DNA of 64,000 nt. It comes from an uncultured Gammaproteobacteria bacterium. GTDB lineage: Bacteria > Pseudomonadota > Gammaproteobacteria > Methylococcales > Methylomonadaceae. Shown here piece by piece: positions 32,548 to 44,441 of the stretch. How positions within the stretch are numbered: position 1 is the first letter of the stretch; each line of letters starts with the position of its first letter. Made by a program: the position numbers and the translations under genes. The stretch covers positions 21,227 to 85,226 of the forward strand of contig CAVZRB010000017.1 of the NCBI GenBank assembly GCA_963777585.1, written 5' to 3'. A model generated the notes under the pieces. The model had not been told where the DNA came from and made no database searches. It worked only from the letters and a program-made list of their open reading frames with translations.

Positions 32548-33994
32548 ATGGAAATTCTTCAGGATCCGATATTTTTATCGCGGTTACAATTTTCTGTAAC
32601 GGCGATGTTTCACATCTTGTGGCCGCTCATGTCAGTCGGCATGTCCCTGGTTCTGGTTGTCTTTGAAGTGCTATGGTTAAAAACCAGGGATGCTGATTAT
32701 TATCGGCATGCGCATTTCTGGTCTAAATTATTTCTGCTTAATTTCTCGGTCGGCGTTGTTACCGGCATTCCTTTGGAATTTGAGTTCGGCACTAACTGGT
32801 CACGTTTTTCCATGATGACGGGCGAGTTTTTAGGAAATATTCTGGGCTTCGAAGGCGCCATGGCTTTCATGTTGGAAGCCGGTTTTCTGGGAATCATGCT
32901 TTTTGGATGGATGCGCGTACCCCCTGTCATTCATTTGTTTGCTACCTGTATGGTGGCTTTGGGGGCATCACTTTCCGTATTCTGGATTCTGGTTGCCAAT
33001 GCATGGATGCAGAGCCCGGCAGGCGGTCATATGGAAAAAGACAGGTTTGTGGTGGACAGCTATTCCCAGGCGATTTTTAACTCGGATACATTTTGGGCGG
33101 TGTCTCATATGTGGGTTGCCTGCCTGGAAACAAGTCTCTTTGTTATGGGCGGCTTGTCTGCATGGTACTTGCTGAAAGAACGGCATACGGATTTCTTTTT
33201 AAAGTCTTTTAAACTGGCTGTAATCATTGCGGTGTTTGCCGCGCCTGTTCAAATATTTCTGGGCCACGGCAATGGCCATGAGGTGTTTGAAAATCAACCG
33301 GCAAAAGGAGCTGCCATTGAAGCGCACTGGGAAACCAATCAAGCTGGAACGGGGGCGAACTGGAATGTTCTGTCATGGCCAAATAAGGCAGCCCAGAAAA
33401 ATGACTGGTCTATTTCTGTTCCAAACATATTGAGTGTTCTGGCTACCGGAAAGTTGGATGGACGAGTCATTGGCTTAAAGTCATTTCCTCCGGCAGATCA
33501 GCCTCCTGCGATTCCACTGATTTTTTATTCTTTCCGTATCATGGTCGGCGATTGGATTTGGTTTGTTTGCGCTGATAGTGTGGACGTTAGTGTGCTGGCT
33601 TAAAGGTCAATTAACGCCCCAGCATATTGCTAAAAACCGGATGCTGCTCTATGCATGGATGGCTTCTCTACCTCTTGGCTATCTGGCAACAGAATGCGGC
33701 TGGATAGTCAGGGAGGTTGGTCGTCAGCCCTGGGTGATCTATGGCATGTTGCGCACCCGTGATGTTGCATCTGCCTTGCCTGCTTCTGCAGTGTTCACCA
33801 CTCTTATTAGTTTTGTCATTGTTTATACGCTGCTTTTTATGGTGTTTGTGGTTTTTGCAGCCAGAATTATCCGGAAGGGACCTGATATGGCCGACGCGCC
33901 ATTAAATAACCCGCTATCAAAAATTATTGGCGGGGAAAGGAGAGTCATCAGGAAAGGCCTTGACAAGAATAAAGGAGGTGAACCTCATGTTTAA
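32548..33994 (+). CDS. cydA: Cytochrome bd ubiquinol oxidase subunit I (frameshift near 33550)
   Basis: LSRLQF...MFH, GVVTG..LEFEFGTNW, AFMLEAGF, ANAWMQ.P, QPAK.AAIE, GWIVREVGRQPW. Confidence 0.93.
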
Positions 33995-35003
33995 TGAGCT
34001 TCATGTTTTTCTGGCCAATATCTGGTTTTTTATAATTTGGCTGATATTCTTTATATATATAGTTGTGGATGGCTTTGATCTGGGTGTGGGAATTCTTTTC
34101 CTGCTAAACCGTGATGAAAAGCAGCGCACGATTATGATGGCCAGTCTGGGTTCGGTATGGGATGCCAACGAGACCTGGTTGGTGCTGCTGATTGGCGCGC
34201 TCTTTGGTGCATTTCCGCTGGTTTATGCAATCGTGCTGCATGCGCTTTATATTCCGGTTATGCTGATGATATTTGCGCTTATTTTTCGTGGTGTTGCCTT
34301 TGAATTTCGCAGTCATGCGCACAATAAAGTGCTTTGGAATATGGCGTTTGGAGGAGGCAGCTTGTTGGCCGCCATCGCTCAGGGGCTTGCGTTTGGCGGG
34401 TTGATCAGCGGACTGAATGTGAACGGTACGGGATTGGACGGAGGCTGGGCTTGGCTCACGCCATTTTCCTTGTTAGTCGCTGTCGGAGTAGTTGTCGGCT
34501 ATGGGTTGCTGGGAGCGACTTATTTAATAATAAAAACGGAAGGTGAGTTGCAGCAAATCAGTATCCGCCACGCTTATGTTACCGCCATTTTTGGTATATC
34601 GATTGGTATAGCGGTCATCATCTGGACGCTACAGTTCAATCCTTATGTTGCAGCGCGCTGGGATGATTTTGCATCGCGACTTTCTTTGGATTTCTTTCTA
34701 GGCTTGATCAGCTTTGCTTTTTTTATGTTAATACGGGCATTGCGACGAGGGTTTGAAACAAGTCCTTTTTTCTGGAGTATCTTTTTTTTCTTTGCCTCGT
34801 TTATGGGAATGACGATAGGGTACTATCCTTATATGATCCCATCGTCGATAACACTAATTGAAGCGGCATCTTCCAATAAGACCTTGATATTCATGCTCAC
34901 AGGTATCGGTTTTCTAGTTCCGGTAATGCTTGTTTATAACGGTTATCAGTATCTGGTTTTTTGGGGCAAAGTGCGAATGGATGAAGATACCGACGCAAGC
35001 TAG
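33987..35003 (+). CDS. cydB: Cytochrome bd ubiquinol oxidase subunit II
   Basis: DGFDLGVG, WDANETWLV, GAFP, FRGVAFEFR; GGAGG RBS. Confidence 0.93.
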   Translation: MFNELHVFLANIWFFIIWLIFFIYIVVDGFDLGVGILFLLNRDEKQRTIMMASLGSVWDANETWLVLLIGALFGAFPLVYAIVLHALYIPVMLMIFALIFRGVAFEFRSHAHNKVLWNMAFGGGSLLAAIAQGLAFGGLISGLNVNGTGLDGGWAWLTPFSLLVAVGVVVGYGLLGATYLIIKTEGELQQISIRHAYVTAIFGISIGIAVIIWTLQFNPYVAARWDDFASRLSLDFFLGLISFAFFMLIRALRRGFETSPFFWSIFFFFASFMGMTIGYYPYMIPSSITLIEAASSNKTLIFMLTGIGFLVPVMLVYNGYQYLVFWGKVRMDEDTDAS

Positions 35004-35205
35004 TGATGTTGTCCAGCCTGTGTTTTTGATCTGTTTAACCAACGCGTATTAGGTTGATTCAAAAAGAGAATTAGTACCTAAACAACAATCCGATTGACGA
35101 CAGCTAACAAGATAGAGTAAAAGAAAATTATCCTGCGTTGCAATGTTCCAATGGAGTGGTAATTTTTTCACTGGAATACGCAGGATTACTTATCAGGAGA
35201 ACATC

Positions 35206-35757
35206 ATGATAAATAAAAAAAGCTATTTAGAAGATCAGTTTGATAATGCTGTTTCAGCCATTGTCAAGGGTATTGATCGAGATGTAGAGCGGGGAGAAGA
35301 CGCTCTTATGTTAGGGCTTTGCGTGGTCATGTTATCTTCTACTTTCGCGCCTCTGGCCCCGCCGACCGTTATTCTGCCCTTAGTAGCGCTTACTTTTGCT
35401 CTTTCATCGAGCTTTGCACGGAGAAATTACCATAACATGGAGCGAAAACTCCTGAAATCCATGGCGCAGCTTGAAGAACATGAAAAAGCAATTTTGTACC
35501 CGATTGCCGCTGTTTTTGTCGAGTGTCCTATGTGTGCTCTGACAGAGTCTTTTAATCCTTTCAAAAACTTGAAACGGACATGGAAGAGTATACTCGGGGG
35601 GATTTTAATCAATCCGTTATGGATGCCTATTTTTTATGTGATGGGCATGCAAATCAACGAGGAAAAGAACCTTGGCATTTTGAACAGGGCCATCATGGGT
35701 GTTGAACAGAAAATATATCCTTCACCTGCTCGAAAAGAGACTAACAGTATCTGGTAA
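35206..35757 (+). CDS. Hypothetical membrane protein
   Basis: AGGAG RBS before MINKK; two or three hydrophobic segments. Confidence 0.65.
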   Translation: MINKKSYLEDQFDNAVSAIVKGIDRDVERGEDALMLGLCVVMLSSTFAPLAPPTVILPLVALTFALSSSFARRNYHNMERKLLKSMAQLEEHEKAILYPIAAVFVECPMCALTESFNPFKNLKRTWKSILGGILINPLWMPIFYVMGMQINEEKNLGILNRAIMGVEQKIYPSPARKETNSIW

Positions 35758-35901
35758 GTTGAGTTAGCTTCCAAGTTGCGCCGCAGCTCACTTCTCGGGC
35801 TGCCGTTTTTTTCTCTGTGTTTTCCAGTCCTATACTTAATATTCCATAAGTTGCTGTTTCCCCCGAATGATTTTTTATATTTTGTTTTGAATAAAGTCGT
35901 T

Positions 35902-36714
35902 TTACCAAATATAAGCACTCGCCATTTTTCCCATTATTTCAAATTCAAACACTTTCTTTGCCGCAGTGCCGGCGACTCCATAGCAAACGTGTAGGGGCAA
36001 CAAATGTTCTGCTCTTGGATGGCAGTATCTTGCAGCAGGGGCGCTATCCCAATTTTTCAACCTTTGCTCCCGCTCCTCTTCGGTAAGCAGACTATTGGAA
36101 CAGGTCTCAATAAGCCATTGCTCGAAGGACTCATTCATGGAACGGGCTTCTTTTGTCGACGGCACAAAAAATTCTTTGAGATTATGGAATGAAAACCCGG
36201 AACCAATAACAAGAACATTATCTTTTCTCAAATCCGCTAAGGCCTTGCCAATCCGGATATGCTCTTCGGGCTGCAAGCTGTTGACCAGAGACAATTGAAC
36301 ACAGGGAATGTTTGCCTCCGGATACATAAGCTTTAATGGCACAAACAAACCGTGATCAAAACCTCGCTGGTCATCAAGTTTTGCTTCAATACCAGAACTC
36401 GCCAATAGATTAAAAATCTTATTCGCCAGTTCAGGCGAGCCTGATGCGGGATACTCAATTTCATAGGATTCTTTAGGAAAGCCATAATAATCATATATCA
36501 ATGAAGGAGATGCCCCGCTGGTAATGGTTGGCTTGCTCTCTTCCCAATGCGCGCTAATGACTAGAATTGCGCTGGGCTTTGCGAGAGTTCTCGTAATCTC
36601 TCTAATAACATTGATCATGTTCTGGTGGCGTTTATCTCCAAGCAAGGGTAAAGGACCTCCTCCATGAGAAAGGTACACAACAGGACTTGGTAAAATAGCT
36701 GATTCGCTGTTCAT
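35902..36714 (-). CDS. DODA-type extradiol ring-cleavage dioxygenase (LigB/YgiD family)
   Basis: YLSHGGGP, ISAHW, YDYYGFP, RGFDHG, GSG.SFHN, HPRAEHLLPL. Confidence 0.9.
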   Translation of the reverse strand: MNSESAILPSPVVYLSHGGGPLPLLGDKRHQNMINVIREITRTLAKPSAILVISAHWEESKPTITSGASPSLIYDYYGFPKESYEIEYPASGSPELANKIFNLLASSGIEAKLDDQRGFDHGLFVPLKLMYPEANIPCVQLSLVNSLQPEEHIRIGKALADLRKDNVLVIGSGFSFHNLKEFFVPSTKEARSMNESFEQWLIETCSNSLLTEEEREQRLKNWDSAPAARYCHPRAEHLLPLHVCYGVAGTAAKKVFEFEIMGKMASAYIW

Positions 36715-36831
36715 GATTGCTTGGCCAATAGTTGCGTATTCCAGTAGGCAACCATCTCGAAACCACGATGAGGGTTGTCATGGAAAGTCGGCGATGGTTC
36801 TTGTCATTTGTTGTAACGTGTGGGTGCGCAT
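36715..36831 (-). pseudogene. Possible collapsed DoxX-family gene remnant
   Basis: Strong AAGGAG RBS plus MRTHTLQQMTRT.ADF*...SWF.DG.LLE..T.GQ, resembling a DoxX N-terminus; doxX commonly precedes DODA genes. Confidence 0.3.
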
Positions 36832-36980
36832 GTCGTACTCCTTAATAACGGTAACGGAAATTCAAGGGACGGTATTAGCCTAAAGCTTATTCCTTAGCGG
36901 CTTCAACGGCAATGGTGAGGGTAACTTTCATCTGACGCCTAAAAGGTGAGAGCTTAATTGGTAAACCGTTAAAAAACAGA

Positions 36981-39900
36981 TCAAACCGGCAGGCGGGAAG
37001 TGTGCTGGTAAGCTGTTAACGTTGATTTACGCAGCAACGCATTTCTGATCTGCCATTCATCTTGCAGTTCAACATGTTCAAGAAAACTGATTTTACCTTG
37101 CGCGCTGTTGGCAATGGGAATTCCGTCACGGTATAAAATGCGCTGACCAGGCTGACTCGGCACGCGTTGTCCCGGCGTAACCAGGCCGGTTAAATTCAAC
37201 GGATCGGCAGCGCTGATGGCAACGAGATCGCCCTGTCTTGGATTGCTTGCGGATTTCTCTCAGGGCGCTTAACCGCTTCGGGCAAGGCATATTGCTCGCC
37301 GGCGAAGCCCTGCACGAAGCGGCCGCCGCGCAGCTCGCCCCGCGCCTCCATGCGCCGGAAGACATATAACAATTCCCGCCACGGGGGCAGAATGTCTTCC
37401 TGATCCAGCAGCTTACGAAAGACAATGCCGTAACGGCGCAGCAGGACTCGCGCGATGTGTTCGCAGTGTTGATAGCGGTCGGTTTCGACGGGCTGGTTTG
37501 ACCGGTTTAGCGACCAGCGGCCGGAGGCGGCGAACGGATCATGATGCGGATATTTTTTGCTGCGGCGTTGCTGGACTTTCTGCGTCGTGATCAGCGTGCG
37601 CAAGCCCTGAAAACTGTCAGCCGTAACCAGTCCCCAGGCGGCCAGTTCTGCCAGCGCTTCTTCCAGTTGCGATTTGAGCAGGCCGGTTTCTGCCAGCAGG
37701 TCTTCGAAGAAACTGGCGCCCCATTGCTTGAGCGCATCGTAGACTTTTTGCCCTTTGCCTGACAAATCCAGCGCCTCATTGGCCGGCAGCGGCGCATAGG
37801 CGCGCCAGTGCGGAAGATTGGGCCGGCTGATAAAGCTGATTGAGGTGGATTTTCCGGCAGGGTTTTTACGTTTGTTCAAGGCCATGCCGGCAGGGGGTTG
37901 TAAACGCAGCCAGGTGATTTTGCCGGAGCTGCACAATTTATCCAGATCGGAAGACAGATAGAAACGCATTCTGGCCGGCAGAATATCGGCCTCCCAGCTT
38001 ACGGCCGGAAGACAGAGGCCTTCCAGCTGCAATAAACGCTGTTGCAGGGCGGCTTCTCCTTCGCCCGGATCATCCAGACCGTGCCAGCGAAACAGGAAGC
38101 GCATGAAATCCGCCGGCGCAACCGGCTCGATTTCAGTGCGCAATTGCTTGAGCGTATAGCGATGAATACGCGCCAGTAAGCCGCGTTCACACCATTCAGT
38201 CGCATCGCCCTGCGTAAACTTTCCCTGAATCACGAAGCCTTCCTGTTGCAAGGCGGCCAAGGCGCGGTCAATAGTGGCGATGTCCAATGCCAGCGAGCCG
38301 GCCAGTTGCGCGGCGGTGACCGGCCCCAAACCTTCCAGGCGGCTGCGGATGATTTCCCTTACGGCGCTCTCCGGATCGCTTGCTTCACCAGCGGCAACCG
38401 GTTCGATGGCAGGATGAATCGGGGCCTTCGGAAACAGCAGTTGCAGGACCTCCAGGCGTTCGGCCGCAATCCACAGGCGCGTGTCATTCGGCAAGGGTCA
38501 TGACGGTTGCGCGTTTGCTCTTTTGCAGGCTTTCCATCAGGGTGGGCCAGCCGTGGGCAAGATTGTCATGCAAGTTCGAAAGCGGGCCGCGTTCTCCCTC
38601 GGTTTCGGTCAGAAACCCCAGAACCACCAGGGCATCGTGAAGTTCATCCGGGGTATGGGCTTCCGGCCAGGCTTCGATGCGCACCCTTTCGATGGCCTCG
38701 GGGTTCAGGCGGCCGATGTCGGCAGCGCTTTGCGGGTCCATGAAGCGCCGTTGCTGTACCGCCAGGGTTCTGCGTTCCTCGGCCGGGGCATCGTCTAAAA
38801 AGGCATAGGGCCGGGCGTTCAGTATTTCCAGGGCCAGCGGGGAAGGGCTGGCCAAATCCCGGGCAATGACGGTGATCGTTCCCCGTTCGATGCCGGTTAA
38901 CAAGCGTTCCAGGCCGTCGATGTCCATCAGCTCATGCAAGCAGTCGGATAAGGTCTGATTGACCAGCGGGTGATCGGGAATCTCCCGGTTTCCGGCGATG
39001 TTTTCCTGACAGGCGAGCTGATCCGGAAAGATCAGGGCGATAAGGTCTTCGGCATCGTTGCGCTGAAAATAGGCCGGGACTTTCTTGCCGGCGCGGTTGC
39101 GCGGCACGGCCAGCGCGGTGTTGGCAACCCAGCGCCAGCGCGACGGAAACATCGGGGCGGCTAACAGCGCCTGAATCAGAATGTCTTTGACCGTAGCCGC
39201 CTTGAGGTACTGTGCGGGTTCATCCAGCGGAAAACTGTGGGTTGGACCGAGCGACAGCACAATGGTGTCTTCGCTGGCGGCGGCCTGTAGTTCGAAGTTG
39301 AAGCGGCGGCAGAAGCGTTTTCGCAGTGCGAGGCCCCAGGCCCGGTTAATCCGGGAGCCGTAAGCCGAGTGGATGACGAAATGCATATCGCCGGTTTCAT
39401 CGAAAAAGCGTTCGAACACGATTTTCTGCTGCGTAGGCAATACCGTCAAAGCCGCCTTGGCCGCGGCCAGATATTGCGCCAGTTGTTCCGCGGCGGCATG
39501 GGGAAGCTGCAGGTCCTCTTTGAGATAACGGTAAGCCGCATCTTCTCCCTGTTCGAGCTTGGCATCCACGGTTGCGCGTAAATTCGATACGGCAAGCGAC
39601 AGTTCATCGCTACGGCCGGGCGCTTCACCGATCCAGAACGGGATATTGGGCGGCTGTCCGTGGGCATCTTCAACATAGACGCGGCCCTGTTCGATCTTGA
39701 GCATCCGATACGAGCTGTTGCCCAGTTGAAATATATCGCCCGGCAGGCTTTCAAAAGCGAAGTCTTCATTCAAGGTGCCGACAAAAATGCCTTCCGGCTG
39801 CAAGATCACATCGTAATCGAATTGATCGGGAATCGCCCCGCCGTTGATCAGCGCGGTCAGCCGCGCGCCCTTGCGCGGCCGCAGCATGCCGTGAACGGCA

Positions 39901-41309
39901 TCCCGGTGCAGATAGGCACCGCGCCGTCCGCGCCGCGTATGAAAGCCGTCGCTGAGCATTTTGACGACGTCTATAAACTGCTCGTGCGTCAGTTCCCGGT
40001 AAGGCCAGGCAGCGGAAAAGGCCTGATAAAGGTCGTTTTCGTGCCACTCGCGGCAGGCAATTTCGGCTACGATTTGCTGCGCCAGTACATCCAGCGGATG
40101 ATCAGGAATCGAAATGTGGTCCAGTTCATCCCGTTGAATCGCTGCCAGCATGGCCGTGCATTCCACCAGATCATCACGCGACAGCGGAAACAGGCGTCCT
40201 TTGGGCGTAGCGCCAAGTTGGTGGCCGGAACGCCCGACCCGTTGCAGAAAGGTTGATATCGCATGCGGCGAGGCCAGCTGGCAAACCAGATCCACTTCGC
40301 CGATATCGATACCGAGTTCGAGTGAAGCCGTCGCCACCAGGGCTTTGAGTGTGCCCTGTTTTAAGCGCTGTTCCGCTGCCAGCCGGTGTTCCTTGGCCAG
40401 GCTGCCGTGATGGGAAGTGACATATTCTTCGCCCAAGCGTTCGGCCAGCGCCGCAGCCACGCGTTCGGCCAGACGGCGGGTGTTCACAAAAATCAGTGTC
40501 GTGCGGTGTTGCTCGATCAACTGTTCAAGACGATTGTAGATTTCGCCCCAGACTTCTGCCGCCATGACCGCTTCCAGCGGCGAGCCGGTGACTTCTATCT
40601 CCAAATCACGCTGCCGTTTATGACCGGTATCGATAATCGTGCAATGCGTTGCCTGGATTCCGGTCAGAAAGTGCGCCATCAGTTCGACCGGTTTTTGCGT
40701 GGCGGATAAACCGATGCGCACCGGCGGCGTTGCTGTCAGTTGTGCCAGGCGTTCCAGAGAGAGCGAAAGATGCGCGCCACGCTTGTTGCCTGCCAGCGCA
40801 TGAATCTCATCGACGATAACGCTGCGCACCGAACTCAACATCTCGCGTCCTGAATCCGAGGTGAGCAAAATATAAAGCGATTCCGGCGTGGTGACCAGAA
40901 TATGCGGCGGATGGCGCTTCATGGCCGCGCGTTCTGCCGTCGAGGTATCGCCGGTGCGGGTTTGGGCACGGATAGCGACATCGGGCAGACCGTTTTCCAG
41001 CAATGCAAGGCGAATGCCGTTCAGCGGCAGTTCCAGGTTTTTGTGAATGTCGTTAGACAGCGCCTTGAGCGGCGATACATAGAGAATCCGGGTTTCATCC
41101 GGTAACGGCGATTCCAGTCCCTGTTGCACCAACTGGTCGATGGCCGCAAGAAATGCCGCCAGGGTTTTACCCGAGCCGGTAGGGGCTGCGATCAGCGTGG
41201 ATTCGCCCGCACGAATTGCAGGCCAAGCCTGGCGTTGAACGTCCGAGGGTGCGTCAAAATGGGTATTGAACCACTGGGCGACGATAGGATGAAACGATGT
41301 TAACGGCAT
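36981..41309 (-). CDS. lhr: Long-form Lhr ATP-dependent helicase (frameshifts near 38485 and 37200-37270)
   Basis: [45 protein letters not shown]; C-terminal LLRRYG...[15 protein letters not shown]. Confidence 0.9.
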
Positions 41310-41480
41310 GGCATCGGTAAGTCAGCTTGAGAATACGAGGGCAGTATATAGGGAATCAGAGGCTCAATTCACCCTATACTTAGATTTTCTGTCATCCCTG
41401 TAAATCAGCATCCATTTTTCAGGCAAGTAAGATGGCAGGCTATTTTAAAAACAACAAGATAGAAAGCAGTGCAGCTCAAC

Positions 41481-41993
41481 TCAACCTTGCTTTTTAGCGA
41501 ACGGGGACAATGTACCATCCTCAACATTAATTGTGTAGGCCCGGCCAAAACCCGCAACATATCGGCCGCTTTCCGGGCGTAAGGCAAATAAGTGAAAATC
41601 GGATAACGACCGTAATAAACTGACAACCTCGCCAAATTTATCCTGCAACGCGTGCAACTGTGTAGTGTAAATTGGATCATCGCGCTCCAGTTCTTTGACA
41701 CAACAGTTGAATACCGCACGTTCGCGCGCAAAAAGATTACGGGTCTCGGATTCCTGGCGAATAAACATGACCGAGGCCTGCGGGTTATTCAATAAGTTGG
41801 GAGTATGGCCAGCAAGCTCGCTGACAAAGATATAGAAACACCCCGCCTGGTCTCGTACAAAGGGAGCGTAGCTAAGATCTGGCACGCAGTTTGCCGAAGC
41901 CGTCGATAGCAACAGTGTTTGCTGTGTGGCAAGCAGTTCCTGTAAATCGATTGCCCTTTCTGTCAGGTTGTCTGTTTCGTTCATTTTATGCAT
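41481..41993 (-). CDS. Pyridoxamine 5'-phosphate oxidase-like / HugZ(HutZ)-like split-barrel protein
   Basis: SYAPFV, YIFVSELA.HT.NL, FARER, DFHLF...GRYVAGFGRAY. Confidence 0.8.
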   Translation of the reverse strand: MHKMNETDNLTERAIDLQELLATQQTLLLSTASANCVPDLSYAPFVRDQAGCFYIFVSELAGHTPNLLNNPQASVMFIRQESETRNLFARERAVFNCCVKELERDDPIYTTQLHALQDKFGEVVSLLRSLSDFHLFALRPESGRYVAGFGRAYTINVEDGTLSPFAKKQG

Positions 41994-42101
41994 ACCATTT
42001 ATGTTAGGCTCATTATCTTAATTGAGATCAGCAACCTTTAAAAATCGATATACTGATTTCGCGATGCCTGAACACATTGCTGTCATTGGGTTGCATTTGA
42101 A

Positions 42102-43241
42102 TCAGTGACCACCGCACAAGTCCGAATCCTTCGGCCTCAGTACCAGTATTTTCCCGATGGATTGAAGGCCTACCTCCTCCTCAAGCGCCAATCCGGATTG
42201 GTCGAAAAGGTTCTGCCATTCAGGAAGCGTTCTTTCCCTGCCTCGGGTAGCCATGAACATCTGCATATCGAAAGCAGCACTGGAAAAATCGGCCTTCAAT
42301 TCCGAAACAACCAATTCCATTAGCGCAATGCGGGCACCGGTACCAGCACTTGCGGTGGTCAGATTGCGCAGCACTTTGACGCAATTCTCGTCATCCATGC
42401 CATGCAGGACTGCGCTCAACAAGTAGATGTCTTTGTCGTTTTTGGCTGTGGGAACCGATTCGAGCAAATCCCCAGCTTGGTAAGTTAATCGGGAAAGAAG
42501 GGCTGGCGATTCTTTGCCAGTCCAGTATGTTGCCGCTGTTTGAATAACCTGATTACGGTCAACCACTAAAGCCGTAAGATGTGAATACCGCTTTAATATT
42601 GCTAATGATTTACTTCCCTTCGAGCCGCCAACATCGATGATTCGATCAAATCGTCCCCAATCGAAGTCGGTGGCAAAACTGTCGCCCATCAATGCCTCCA
42701 CACTGTCCATGGCGCGGGCAAACAGCGAATCGAATTCGGCATGGTCGTCCATGTAGGAATAAAGTTCCCGACCGTGAGAGAGATGGAATGGAACTTCCCC
42801 GCTACGCACCCCCTGTTCCAGTTGCTCATACCAAGGCTGGCTCATCTCAATCGAGTTGTGCATCAAGATCATTGCTCTGACGTTTTTTGGGTTATCTTCA
42901 CGCAAGTGAGTGGATAGCGTATTGTTCTTGAAGACCCGAGGCGACACTTCTTCGAATATACCCATCGCTGCCAGCATGCGTAGCAGACGGTAAACGGCGT
43001 CCGCTTGAGCCGAGACTCGTACCGCAATGACTTCAACCGCGAGAGACTCATCCCCCAGAATGGATGCAATGTCCAAGTGTGTAGCGACATGAAGCACACG
43101 TGACTGCCAAAACGCTGAGCCGATCTGGATGAGGCGGAATGGTGGCGGTGTAACCTTGTTGGGAATGTTCTGTAGCCAAGCGGCAAACTTCATCAGCATT
43201 GCAAAGCGGCGAACTGCACCTGAATTTTTTTGTAACGACAT
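42102..43241 (-). CDS. SAM-dependent O-methyltransferase (methyltransf_2, COMT/ASMT-like)
   Basis: N-terminal dimerisation domain, IIDVGGSKG, GDLL, VLHG..DE, GRERT. Confidence 0.88.
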   Translation of the reverse strand: MSLQKNSGAVRRFAMLMKFAAWLQNIPNKVTPPPFRLIQIGSAFWQSRVLHVATHLDIASILGDESLAVEVIAVRVSAQADAVYRLLRMLAAMGIFEEVSPRVFKNNTLSTHLREDNPKNVRAMILMHNSIEMSQPWYEQLEQGVRSGEVPFHLSHGRELYSYMDDHAEFDSLFARAMDSVEALMGDSFATDFDWGRFDRIIDVGGSKGSKSLAILKRYSHLTALVVDRNQVIQTAATYWTGKESPALLSRLTYQAGDLLESVPTAKNDKDIYLLSAVLHGMDDENCVKVLRNLTTASAGTGARIALMELVVSELKADFSSAAFDMQMFMATRGRERTLPEWQNLFDQSGLALEEEVGLQSIGKILVLRPKDSDLCGGH

Positions 43242-43254
43242 CGCGAGTCTCCTG

Positions 43255-43892
43255 TTATTCCGTCCTTGTCGGCGTCAAGCCTGTGGAAAATAGATGGCCA
43301 TTGAACGCGGCCAATTTTTCGAGGAATGCTGCATCCATTGTTCGCCCCATCTGCTCCTCAAAAATATCTTTCAGCAGCATGGGCATCATTGCCAGACTGA
43401 CAAATGCCATCCTGAACGATGTCAGGGTCTAATGAAGGAGTGACTTGCCCGGCTGACTTCAAATCTTCGACCTTCCTGGCGCCGCGTGTGCGCCCGCGTT
43501 CCAATAGCTGTTGGATAAAGCGCCGACCTGGTCCTTGGTTAAGCGCCAGTACTTTCAAAATCAGCTTCGGAAATTCAGGTCGTTTGGACATCGTTTCGTA
43601 ATACAGATATGAGGAAGTCCTTAAATCCATCAACGGACTCCAACATCTGTCCGTCCAGCACGTTAAGCAGCGGGTTCATGGTGTCGCGGATCATCTCCTC
43701 GTATAACCCCTCCTTGTTGCCAAAGTAGTAACGGATCATTGAGATGTTGGCGTCGGCCTTTTCTGCGATCAGACGGGTCGTGACCTTGTGGTATTCGTCG
43801 GACAGAAAACTGTCGAGAGCGGCTTTGAGCAGCCGTTCACGTACAGGATCAGGAGCAATCTCCTCAGGGGCGCTAATCATCATTTCCTCCAA
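43255..43892 (-). CDS. TetR/AcrR family regulator (frameshifted)
   Basis: RERLLKAA...TTR.IAEKA.AN..MIRYYFGNKEGLY. Confidence 0.85.
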
Positions 43893-44441
43893 TATCAGAT
43901 AGTGAAAGCTAGATTAGCAATTGCAAGTCGATGTCACCAGAAGTTTCGTCAATCAAATTAGGTGGTTTGATTGACGAAACTTCACTGTTCAGGAATGCGA
44001 ATGAGTTCTGAATTGGGGGGTACAGTGAACCGGGAGAACGACCGCTTGCAGTTTTGCAGCAGGAATTCGACGGCACAATCTCTAATTTCAGATGTTGGTC
44101 GAGCTGTGACATTTATTACAGGCTGGTTCTGACCCAGACTGATAGATGCCTGTCAATGTCAGATTAAATATAGGTTTTTTATATTAAATTCATGAGGATT
44201 TTTTGTTAAACGCTTTTGGTATGAAACTTTGTTACTTAATGACAATATCGAAAAAATCAACAACCGTTAGTATTGAAAAAACAATTTACCCAGAAAACTC
44301 AAGTAGAGTTAAGATTCAGCTTCAACCATTTGCAATACGTTAAACCGTATTTCTTTCCTAAGGCCGTGCAACAAAGAAACCGGTTTGGATTGTTGGTTGC
44401 AACAGCTATAAAACCGGATCTTTAGCCCACAAACGAAAAGG

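Noticed and set aside
36981-41309. Lhr as a novel defence helicase
   Set aside because: Ordinary long-form Lhr repair helicase with no defence partners adjacent
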